This document shows positions 34,322 through 45,273 of a stretch of 64,000 bases of DNA, in pieces. Both the position numbers and the translations under genes were made by a program. Origin of the DNA: Neodothiora populina (Eukaryota); the NCBI RefSeq assembly GCF_041146345.1, contig NW_027191419.1, forward strand, positions 496,001-560,000, read 5' to 3'. The notes beneath the pieces are model-generated. The model saw only the letters and a program-made list of their open reading frames with translations, did no database searches and was not told the origin of the DNA. Positions within the stretch are counted from its first letter, which is position 1, and every line of letters starts with the position of its first letter.

Positions 34322-34991
34322 TCTTGCTTGCAGCAGATGGTGACGTCGGTATCGGTGATGTATTGGCAGCAATGATCCCTCAGAAGAGGCTGCGATTTGA
34401 GAATGAAATAGAGCGAGGTGCGAGGAAGGCAATTGCAGGATCAAGTCGTGGACAGTGACGCCGGGAGAGTGATTGCTTGCCGTCTACTGGTGAAAAGGTT
34501 CATCGATGCGGAAAGAGAAATCAAAGGCAACCGGACAGGCAAACTGAGCAATGAATCACACAAATAACCACCAGGTTGTCGTCAGCAATCAGTATTAGGA
34601 GGAGCAATCATCTTGGTGAGAAGGAGGAGAGAGGCAGAGAGGGAGAGAGAGTGCCCGCCTTCCCACTGCACCACTGCTGCACTGCACCTTCCTATCCACA
34701 CCAAAATACGCTAATCACCTATCTTTGGCTTAGCGTCGCGACAGGCCAGGGTCCATCTTGTTTTACTCTATGACACAGCACTCGCACCTAAATATACCTC
34801 GATTTGTCTCTCGTCGGCTACATTACCTCTGATCAACATGCACATTGACAGGGTGCAGGTACATCATGATTAATGGTGATAAAAATGTAAATTGGATTAA
34901 ATACTCATGGCTCATACACATGTTTTGCTACGGGATAACTCGTCAAAGGAATAATGCTTGCAGAATGATAGATGGTCATCAGACAGCGGCT

Positions 34992-36683
34992 CTACATACC
35001 CTTGTGGGTACCGGCAGCAGGAGCACCGTTGTTTGGACACGCGGTCGAGTTGATACCGTTGGCGCTGCGCAGGCTGGCGTCCTTGGTCATACCATTATGA
35101 GTGCCGTTGAAGCGAAGGTTGCTGATGCCATCGTATCCCTTGACACCGGTGGCCTTCTCGAGGCGGCTGGCAAGGTCCTCAGACACCTCGCGGAAGATGG
35201 CGATCTGGCGCTTGATGATCTCCTCCTTGCGGCAGTTCTTCATGTGGCCAGCAACGTTGTTGATGAAGCGGTCCTTGGCACCAGCGTCGAACACCTTCTC
35301 CCACAGGTTGCGAGGTCCGACGAAGTCCTCAGGTCTGATCTCAGAAAGGAAAGTGACAGCCTCGCCAATGAAGTGACCGTGCGTCTTGTCGAGGTTGATG
35401 CTGCGCTCCCTGAATTGGATGGGCGAGATCGAAGACAGGTAGTTTGGCCTTGAGCCTTGGTTGTAGAAGGCCATGGTGCCGTCACGCTGGAAGTTGGCCA
35501 TGCGGTATGGGACACGAGGGGCGTTGACAGGAAGCTGCTGGTAGTTGACGCCAACACGGTGACGGTGAGTGTCGGGGTACGAGAAGAGACGACTCTGGAA
35601 GACGGGATCGGCCGAAGGCTCGATACCAGGAGGCAAGTGAGAGGGGTTGAAAGTAACTTGCTCGATCTCGGCAAAGTAGTTCTTCACGTTCTCGTTGAGG
35701 AAGAATTCTCCAACCTTGCGGAGAGGGAATTGCGAGTGGGGCCAGACGTGGGTCAAGTCGAAGACGTTGATCTTCTGCTTCTCCCAGAGCTCCTCGGCCT
35801 CCTTGGGCTTCATGGTCTGCACGCAGACATCCCAGCCAGGGTAATCGCCGTTCTCAATGGCGAAGAAGAGATCCTTCTGGTGAGCATCGGGGGAGTAGTT
35901 GTTGGCCTCCTCCTGAGGGATGAAACCGGTGCCCTGCTTGGACTTGAAGTGGAACTGGGCGTATACCCAGTCACCCTTCTTGTTAACAAGCTTGACAGTG
36001 TGGCCATAGTATCCGTGCATCTTCCTCCAGTTCTCAGGAATACCGCGGTCACCCATGAGGATCATTACCTGATGGATGGACTCGGGGTTCTGAGAAAGGT
36101 AATCCCAGAACATGGTTGAGTCATCAGCACCAGTCAAATGAGTTGCGGGGTCTCGCTTCTGGGTGTGAATGAAGTGAGGGAACTTGGCGGGGTCTCTCAA
36201 AAAGAAGACGGGGGTGTTGTTGGCGACGGCATCCCAGTTGCCCTCGTCAGTGCGGAACTTGACAGAGAAACCACGAGGATCTCTGGCACAGTCGTGAGAA
36301 CCAGACTCACCGCCGACAGTGGAGAAACGGACGGTGACAGGGCACTCCTTGCCAGGCTGGAAGATGTCGGCAAGACATAGATCGTCGATGGTGTCAGTGG
36401 TCTTGTAGTATCCGTGAGCACCACCGCCCTTGGCGTGCACAACACGCTCTGGAATACGCTCGCGGTCAAAGTGGGAGAGAAGATCAATCAAGTGGAAGTC
36501 CTGCAACAGGAGGGGGCCGTTCTCTCCGACACGCTGGGTCTCGTAAGGGTGAGGCATTGGCACGCCATTGCTGGTCGTGTAGAGAGTATCCTCAGATGTG
36601 GCGTTCTTGTCGTCATTGTAATCACGGTAAAGATCACCGTTCTTGCGACCATCAGCCGCGTGAGCTTGAAATGAAGGAGCCAT
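34992..36683 (-). CDS. Monofunctional small-subunit heme catalase (563 aa, intronless)
   Basis: FDRERIPERVVHAKG (distal His), VRFSTVGGE, NNTPVFF, RLFSYPDTHRHR (proximal Tyr). Strong codon bias. Confidence 0.98.
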   Translation of the reverse strand: MAPSFQAHAADGRKNGDLYRDYNDDKNATSEDTLYTTSNGVPMPHPYETQRVGENGPLLLQDFHLIDLLSHFDRERIPERVVHAKGGGAHGYYKTTDTIDDLCLADIFQPGKECPVTVRFSTVGGESGSHDCARDPRGFSVKFRTDEGNWDAVANNTPVFFLRDPAKFPHFIHTQKRDPATHLTGADDSTMFWDYLSQNPESIHQVMILMGDRGIPENWRKMHGYYGHTVKLVNKKGDWVYAQFHFKSKQGTGFIPQEEANNYSPDAHQKDLFFAIENGDYPGWDVCVQTMKPKEAEELWEKQKINVFDLTHVWPHSQFPLRKVGEFFLNENVKNYFAEIEQVTFNPSHLPPGIEPSADPVFQSRLFSYPDTHRHRVGVNYQQLPVNAPRVPYRMANFQRDGTMAFYNQGSRPNYLSSISPIQFRERSINLDKTHGHFIGEAVTFLSEIRPEDFVGPRNLWEKVFDAGAKDRFINNVAGHMKNCRKEEIIKRQIAIFREVSEDLASRLEKATGVKGYDGISNLRFNGTHNGMTKDASLRSANGINSTACPNNGAPAAGTHKGM

Positions 36684-37947
36684 TGTGATGTGAGATTTGC
36701 TTTTTTGCTAATAGACAATTGGCAAAAAGAAAGAAGATGGAGACTTAAACCAGGGCTGTCACGGCAGCATATATGTACCCATTGATGATGAGGCGGGAGG
36801 GGTAAGGTATCTGCAGCGAAGGCGAATCGTTGCCGCACTAGTCTATGAAGTCATTCCTTCCACACGTATATCGCTTCGAATAATCAACCCTCTCATTGGC
36901 CAGGCTCTTCGGCATTTGCCATACGTTTCGCAGCTAGTTCCATCTGCTATGGGGTACATGAATCTTCTAAGCTCATCGCACCGGATTAGCTCTCTTATTC
37001 GAGAGGAACTATCCGTGGCCATGGCAATCCACGTTTTAGGCTACCATATTTGTCCATCAAGGATCGCTAGAGGCATCCCAAAACTACTCGATATATTTAT
37101 TCAATGGGCGCGACACAAATGCAACCCTTGAGGACTTCTTCCCTTTGTCTCTGGTCTTGGAAATGCACGTTACGTTCTCTATGTAAGGAAGGTGCCACTT
37201 CAGATGTACCCCAGACATGGCACTGTAACTTCTGAATCATTATCGGTCATTTCGCTGTAATCGGACATTTCTTGGAGATGCACTACGCTTCCACTCGGCA
37301 ACTGCCGTCATCGAGTTGCGACACAGAGTTCGAATCAATCTCGGCCCATCTTCAACAGTGCAACAAGGTAAGTTTCTCTGTCCGCCTATCCTCAGCCCAG
37401 TGCGGCTGACGGTAGGCGCCGTGCAGCACAGAAACTGACAAATGTTACGATCGTCAGTGGGTAGTCCATCGATGCATCAACCTGCTCGATCCAGCCGGCC
37501 ACACACTCTACTTGTATCGTGGTTTATTCCCACATCACCGAGGTAGGTCACCCCATCGTTGCTGACGGCTCGCAACCAGCGGCAAATGCCGTATTCTGAA
37601 GCTTCGCGTCTATACTGTACCTATCTTGTACAGAGCACACTAGATTCTCACGTTTCCACGCCACCTCCTCATGCACGGTGCTGTACGAATGCGGCCGTTT
37701 GTGCGGGAGTATCCTTTTGAGCCGAAAAACTGCTGGGAGACGTGGTCGATGTGTCACTGTGCCATCTGGCGCGTCTCCAAGGTCCTCGGAAAGAGTTTCC
37801 ATTCTTCTGTGTTCATTGTTTCTATCGAAGAACTGTATCTATCCTATTCACTCCGGGACGACGTGTGCCGTACCTCGTACGCGCATGCCTGATGTTTCAT
37901 ATCATGATGGTTCGCTATACAGCACTGTCCCACACACGACGCTCGAA

Positions 37948-39547
37948 TCAACGGAGGAACTCTTTGTTGAATGCTCTGCCAATCACCATCCTCCTGATCT
38001 CACTAGTCCCTGCACCTATCTCGTAGAGTTTGGCATCTCGCATTATCCTTCCAGCCGCAACTTCATTCATATAACCCATTCCTGATAAGAGTCAGCTAAA
38101 TGTATCACATAGCTCGTCGAGGACGGAACTTACCGCCCATGCATTGTATAGCATCCATGCTGCATTCTGTGGCTCGCTCTGCTGCATAAAGAATGGCTCC
38201 AGCACATTCTTGGGTCTTGATTAAGGGATTCTCGGGGTTGCTGTCGATTTCAGCAGCCACCGAGTACGTGAATCCAGAGGATGCCTTGTATTTCTGCCAT
38301 CAATCAGGACCAGCAAGCTAAAGTCGCAGTATCTTTGTCAACAACTCACCGTGTACATGTCAGCTAGCTTCCCCTGTAAGAATTGATTCAGAGCAATCGG
38401 CTGGCCGAATTGGTGCCGCTCGTGGACGTATGGTAGCGTCACGTCCAAAGCCGCTTGCATGAGACCGAGTGGGCCAGCACTCAAGACTAATCTCTCGAGA
38501 TCGAGACCTTCCATTAGCACCCTGACACCTTTGTTGATCTCGCCGAGGACATTTTCTCTCGGCACGAAAACATCATCAAACACGAGCTCGCCGGTGTTGC
38601 TTCCTCGCATACCGAGCTTGTCTAACTTTCTGGTACAAGAGAAGCCCTTGACACTAGTGTCAATGATGAATGCCGTAATACCCTTGGAGCCAGCTGTTGG
38701 CTCCGTTTTGGCATATACGATGATAGTATGCGCATCCGGACCCTATGCGCTGATCAGTGAAGTCACACATAGGATGGGGAAGTGTTACATTGGTGATCCA
38801 GAACTTCTGGCCCGAAAGGAGATATCCTCCGTCGACCTCCTTGGCTTGCATCTTCATGCTGACCACATCACTTCCGGCTGAGTGCTCAGACATGGCCAGC
38901 CCACCAATTTTCTGACCCGAAATGAGATCCGGAAGAAAGCGTTGTTTCTGATCGTCGTTTCCATTCAGCATCAGCTGGTTGACGCAGAGTTGGGAGTGGG
39001 CTGCGTATGATAGCCCTATGCTACCTGCCGGGCCGTCAGTCTAACTCTCTTGTTGCTGCAGCTCGGAACAGATACCTGATGCTCGCGACAATTCCTCCAT
39101 TACTATACAGTGTGCCTGATATCCCATTGCCAACCCGCCATAGTCTTCATCTGCGGTGATCCCGAGGAGTCTTCGATGCTGTCAGTGTCAATCCAGTAAG
39201 CTTGGTAGAGGGCACTTGCCCAGCTTCACCCATCTTCTGCCACAAGTCCATTGGAAATTCATTATCCTGGTCCGTTTTCCGCGCGACATTCTCGGGGATC
39301 TCACGTCCTGAGTATCTCAGATGTCAGCATTACTACATTACTTACGATTAATGCTACTGGACGCACGAGCAAACTCTCTTGTCCGTTCTCTGATCTCGTC
39401 CAGGTCTTCCTGCACTGGTTTTACGAAACCTTTGGGATGCTTTCTTGACATCCATCGACAACAACTTGGTGAGTTCCGCTGCGCAAGAGTCCCGATCGTC
39501 GGACGGGACCTTGCTGAGGTGCGAAATACCGCTCTGATTGTCGCCAT
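37948..39547 (-). CDS. ivdA: Isovaleryl-CoA dehydrogenase, mitochondrial; 7 exons including one GC-AG intron
   Basis: Mitochondrial-type leader [15 protein letters not shown]. Motifs [78 protein letters not shown]. Stop TGA at 37950-37948. Confidence 0.95.
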
Positions 39548-40468
39548 GGTAGGATTATGTGTTGTATTCCGATGATGGGTAAACTTTTGCGTGAACAAGA
39601 CCTTATACGTTCTGTCAAGATATGCTTTCTTACAGTCACCTTCGCCAGAGCTATACTCCAAATATAACGCAGCAGCAGTGACTGTAGCCAGAAAAGCGAG
39701 ACTTCCGAGCCTATTATTATTCGAAATATTTTCTTCTCTTTTCTTGTCTAATAATCAAGAACAAAAATTATACCAGTACTTGCACTTTTTCTCTCGTCCA
39801 TAGCCGAAGTCCACCGAAACAGAAAAGGGTGACCTACAAAGGATCATCGCACGACGAGGAGGAGGTGAGAAGACCGCATAAAACCGGGGTAAACCATTTC
39901 TATTGTGGGGTAAGTGCAAAAGTAAGGTAGGTAATGTGTCACAAGGAGGGGGGAAAAGGGTCCCCTCCGCCTTTGTTATTGTTCGGTTTCCCCGCACCGC
40001 TTATCCACGGACGGGGCAAGGGTCAGGTGAGGATTATAATTGTCGAAGAATGATATAGTGCCGCTCGCTGTGCTACTGCGGCTAGATTGCTGTGAACTGT
40101 GAATGCTATATCGTTTGCAGACTGATATCATGGGTGGTTGAGTCTCGTCGAGGCTTTCCTTGAAGTCGTGGTTGATTGATCAGTTGACTACCTACTCTGT
40201 ACCCGGAACCTCTGCTTGACGCCCTTAGTTTCACTCCTTTCTGCTCTTCTCCAGACAGACAACTTCCATTCCGCGCCCGGAGAGCGGCATCGCGGTGGAT
40301 TGGCAGACAGGTACACAGGTTGCGCAGATTTGCACTCGTAGACTTCGCGGTGGTACTCTTCACTCTTTATCTGTTCTTCCTCTTCCTCTACTCTGTAGCA
40401 AGATCTCAATTTATCTAAACCGACCCCCGAGAGCCTGTGCCCACGAACCAAAGGGACCGACCAGCATA

Positions 40469-42573
40469 ATGGCGACGATGCCTCTCCCGAGAAGACCAGG
40501 TCTTCCTCCCGGGCTAGCGAGAATGATACACACATCCTCTCACGCACGACTATTGACACGAAGGAGTAGCAGCACGTTATTGAGGACTGCACTGCTCGCA
40601 CGATACAGCAGCAGCAGCAGCAGCAGCAGCAGCCAGACGAACAACACACGCCGCACAAGGTCAACCTACACATCTCCCTGGCAAGCGAAGCAGATCTCTA
40701 TAATCCAGAGCAAAATCGACGTGAACTCGACCGAGTACATGGAGAACAAACGCAACATGGACGGGCTAGTGCAGCAAGTCACGAAATTGCATGAGCGGGC
40801 CGCGCTGGGGGGCTCGGATAAGGCGAGGGAGAAACATGTTGGCAGGGGCAAGATGCTGGCAAGGGAGTGAGTGGATTTTTCTTTTTTCTTCTCTCTTACT
40901 TTTTCTTTTTATCTTGGTGGAGATTATGCTATTGGGGGATCTGCTTGGTGGTTGTGGGATTATTTTTCTGATTGAAGTGAAATAAAACTAGTCGCGTTAC
41001 GGCGCTGGTCGATCCTGGTCAGCCGTTTCTCGAACTCTCGGCTCTCGCTGGCTATGATATGTATCCTGGAGAAGACGTGGCGGCTGGTGGTATAGTCACT
41101 GGCATTGCTAGTGTTGAAGGTGTCATGTGCATGATCGTGGCCAATGATAGCACGTAAGTCGTCCGTGATGGAAACAGAAAATCCAGTAATGGAGAGAATT
41201 TGCCTCTAAGCTGAATCTTCCTGCAAAGGGTCAAAGGAGGCACTTATTATCCAGTGACGGTCAAGAAACATCTCAGGGCACAAGAGATCGCCCAACAGAA
41301 CAGGCTGCCGTGCGTCTATATGGTCGACAGCGGAGGCGCGAACCTCCCACATCAGGCCGATGTCTTTCCGGATCGTGACCATTTCGGCAGAATCTTTTAC
41401 AACCAAGCACGCAGTATGGAACCTTCCCCCGAACCCAATCGTAATTCCATGGCTGACTGAACAAAAGTGTCGTCGATGGGAATACCTCAGTTGTCGCTTG
41501 TCATGGGCCCTTGCACCGCAGGCGGCGCCTACGTTCCAAGCATGTCTGATGAATCCATCATCGTGCAGGAACAAGGCCACATCTTCCTCGCCGGGCCCCC
41601 GTTGGTCAAGGCAGCGACAGGCGAGGTAGTCAGTGCAGAAGATCTTGGTGGTGGAAAGTTACACAGTGAGATCAGTGGCGTGACGGATTATCTGGCGGTC
41701 GACGACGCTCATGCGATCATACTCGCCCGTCGATGTGTCAGCAACCTCAACTACTCAAAGGACTCGTCCGCGGTGCAGACCGCAACGTGGGAAGAGCCAA
41801 TGTATGACGTCGAAGAGCTCGGTGGTGTTGTCGGGACCAACCTCAAAACACAAATTGACGTGCATGAGGTGATTGCACGCATCGTTGACGGCAGTCAGTT
41901 CAGCGAGTTCAAGCCGACTTATGGCAGCACGCTCGTGACAGGATTTGCTTCGATCTACGGCCACCAGGTGGGCATCATAGCAAACAACGGTATCCTCTTC
42001 TCCGAATCCTCGCTGAAGGGAGCTCACTTCATACAATTGTGCGCCAGCCGTGGGATTCCATTGGTCTTTCTGCAGAACATATCTGGCTTTATGGTCGGCC
42101 AGGACGCAGAAAAGGGAGGTATAGCAAAGAATGGAGCTAAGCTCGTCACGGCCGTGGCTTGTGCCGAAGTACCGAAATTCACAGTCGTATTCGGTAGCTC
42201 GGCGGGGGCCGGAAACTATGGGATGTGGTATGTACTACCCAGTCCATGATTGATAAAGACACGAGCTGATGCTAGATACAGTGGTCGAGCCTACTCTCCG
42301 CGCTTCCTGTGGACTTGGCCCACGGCAAAGACCAGCGTCATGGGACCAGAGCAGCTTTCCTCGGTCATGGAAGCAGTGGGCAAAACGGTCGATCCCAGAC
42401 TCAAGGAGCGCATCGAACTTGAAAGTGAGGCGACCTTCTCCTCCGCTAGACTCTGGGACGATGGCATCATACCACCTTCGCACACGAGACGGGCGTTGGG
42501 GATGGGCCTCCAGGCAGCAATGTGCGGAAGCGCGGAAAAGAAGGAAACACGGTGGGGTGTGTTTAGGATGTAG
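40469..42573 (+). CDS. mccB: 3-methylcrotonyl-CoA carboxylase beta (carboxyltransferase) subunit; introns 40867-40991, 41154-41228, 41414-41468, 42228-42281
   Basis: [80 protein letters not shown]-terminal WGVFRM. Confidence 0.96.
40607..40633 (+). repeat. (AGC)9 microsatellite, poly-Ser in the MCCB presequence
   Basis: Direct reading of the agc run at 40607-40633. Confidence 0.9.
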
Positions 42574-42684
42574 AAAGGGTGCACTCGGCTCGGCAATTGC
42601 GCAAAGAGGAAGAGCCAAGCCGAGTGGCGCTGCAAGTTGCACTAACCCGGCGAGTGGCAACCAGTGCAAGACATCTCGACAGTG

Positions 42685-43726
42685 TTATAGAATGGCGCAT
42701 CGATTGTGGTGTCGTCTACGGCTTCTCCGCGTTTTGCTTCGACTCGCGGTGTCAGTATCATAGCCGTCGTCCCCGAGACGACGCCGCCTCCCACCTTCCC
42801 TCTCGTAACCGCCGGAGGCTTTCGACCTGGCAAGGTCACGGTGGATAATTTGCCTGCAGACATCTACGAAGACCTCGTTCACATTCTGTCGGCGACGAGC
42901 ACTGGTCTCGTAGTACGGCACGTTCCCCCAGCTCTGGGACACGTCGAAAGCCTGAGCCCTGGAGACGGATCGGTCCTCCTCTAGATCGCATTTGTTTCCA
43001 ACGAGTACGATGGGCACGTTGGGATCATCCTTGAGATTCACGAGCTGTTCCCGTAATTCGGAGAGCTCATTCAGCGAAGAATTGGAAGTTATACTGAAGA
43101 CGAGGAGAAAACCTTGGCCTGACTTCATGTAGAGTTCCCTAGCATTATAGATCAGCAGAGTTCAGCGGCCGTATGGTCGATGAATTGTGAATTACCGCAT
43201 CGCCGCTGTTCGATTGTTAGTCTCAAAAGCAGTGTAAGAGAGGCAGTAGCGTGAACTTACTGAATTGCTCAGTTCCAGCAGTGTCGAGGATTTCCAGTAT
43301 GACCTGTCGTCCCTTTATTTTCCAGTTAGGCATGTCCATATCCACTCGGTCACAGAATTCGAGCTCACATCGACATCTATCTGTTTGCGATACGAATCCT
43401 CTATCGTCGGATCATATCGCTCAATCCAAACACCTTGGACGAATTGAGCTTCGCGACGTCAGCCTTGACTCATGCATGGCTCGCACAAAACCATTCAGCT
43501 CACCTGTCAAACAACTTTTCCCGACACCACCTGTTCAAGGGGAGAGATGTGAGTTGATGGGTAAATACTACAGGTGGTAAAGGGGCTGGCTCGTTGCTAC
43601 ACACCTGAGCCCAAAACGACTATATGGTACTCTCTGATGTTTCACTCATTAACCGACAGTCCTTTGTCATATCGAACAATACTGCAAAGGGGGCCAAATG
43701 TACCTCTGGGGAATATTTCGCGACAT
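42685..43726 (-). CDS. RSR1: Ras-family (Rap-like) GTPase Rsr1/Bud1, multi-exon with a 10-nt micro-exon
   Basis: [84 protein letters not shown] box CAIL. Confidence 0.95.
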
Positions 43727-45273
43727 TGTTCTCGCCCGCCGCTGGACTTCCTCTCAGCTGGACAGCGGAACCTGTAGTAAGGCGGTGGTGAAGTCGATTG
43801 GCACGGACTTTCAGCGGGCTTTCGGCGGGATGTTGGTCAGCACGGGCACAGGGATGAATAGGTATGCACAAGTCAAGAGTACAGATATGATGCAGGGCGA
43901 TGGCTAAAAGTACGGGGACCGAGGAGGGCTGCAAGCTATGATGGAATCAAATCTTTTCGAGTGTTGGAGTCGCGGGTCAGGCAGGAAAAGGGTCAATGTG
44001 GTCGCGTACCCTTGATGCGTCTGGACTTTTGGCTTTCACGGAAGCTGTTTTTTTAATGGAAGGGGATCGCCCTCAACGAGATGGGCAGCGACGAATCAAG
44101 GCAAGGGTGGGAGGGATTGAATGACAATCTGCATGATATGGAGAGAAATGAGCAAGCGGCGCGGGGCGGTCATTGAATAATGAACATTAGTAGAGAGGTC
44201 ATGAATACCCGCTATGGCTATCAGAGAAGGCGACAGTGAAGCAATAATTTCGGTGGACTTGTTACTCTGTAGCCGCGCGTGGGTTCGCGCGACTCATGCC
44301 ACATGCGGAAGCACAAGCCCTGCTTGGCACGGCCGCCATGGAAGAGAAGCCCCCCGGAGACCAGCGCAGTGGAACAGGGAAAAGAAGGTGTGTCTGACGG
44401 ACTTGAACACACTCGGCCGATACAGCAGCATGGATCTTGTGCAACACTCACTTGCACCATGGGGAGGACACGCATGAGTTGACTCGTGCTGCAACGGGGC
44501 TTTGTTTCTATAGGAAAATGGGGTGTGTTCATCCTTCACAGATGCTGTGGTTCCTGGTGGCACGGACTATGGATTGCCGATCTCCAATCAAGACTGCCAA
44601 ACGTCCAAGGCACAGAAGGGGAGAGGTGAGGTCAGGTACGTGTACGGAGGTAAGTAGGTAAGGTACCTAGCTTACATTGGCCACCTTTGATCAATCACAG
44701 AATCACAGCAGCCACGTCATCTTGGCTGTGAGCAGGTCTATAGCAGGTCGCCAATCGATGGAGAAGCTGTTTCATATGTTAGAGTTCCTTGCAAGTTCTT
44801 GAAGACAATGTTCTGCATGGCTTGTCGCATTGCATTACGATATTCAGATGGACACGGGTCCCGGCAGTCATAATCATGGTGACATGATACCGGGCGTTTG
44901 CGACGGAAGGGATCTTGAATTGTGTAGATATCTGACAGGTCATAGATGTCAAAGCACAGTCAGTACTGATGTGAAATGGATGAGACACAGAAGATGTTCG
45001 AGGCAGAGATGGTAAGGTAAACGGTCTCTTTCCCCCACAAGTCAAGTGCTGCAGGCGTTCCTGTCACTACCTTACTGGAAGCTAGGTATCAAAGCAGTGA
45101 CCACCATATATCGTAATTGCCTTTTCGAGCTAAGACGCTGGTCTGTACTGTATGCTCTTGCCTTGCACAGCTGGACTTGTCACTCTTCCCTACCACACGC
45201 ATCTTGAAAGCGTCTCCGTTCACACCACCACATGTCACGATCAACAGAAAGATAAACCAAATATTAAAAAGGG

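Noticed and set aside
34830..35000. Perfect donor G|GTATGT overlapping the catalase stop, suggesting a splice-generated cryptic PTS1
   Set aside because: The downstream acceptors I tried give ALFL*, VIP*, AKHVYEP* or EVM*, none PTS1-like. There is no TGA-CTA readthrough context.
34845..36674. Chain of plus-strand ORFs antisense to catalase
   Set aside because: Codon-aligned antisense shadows of a strongly biased gene.
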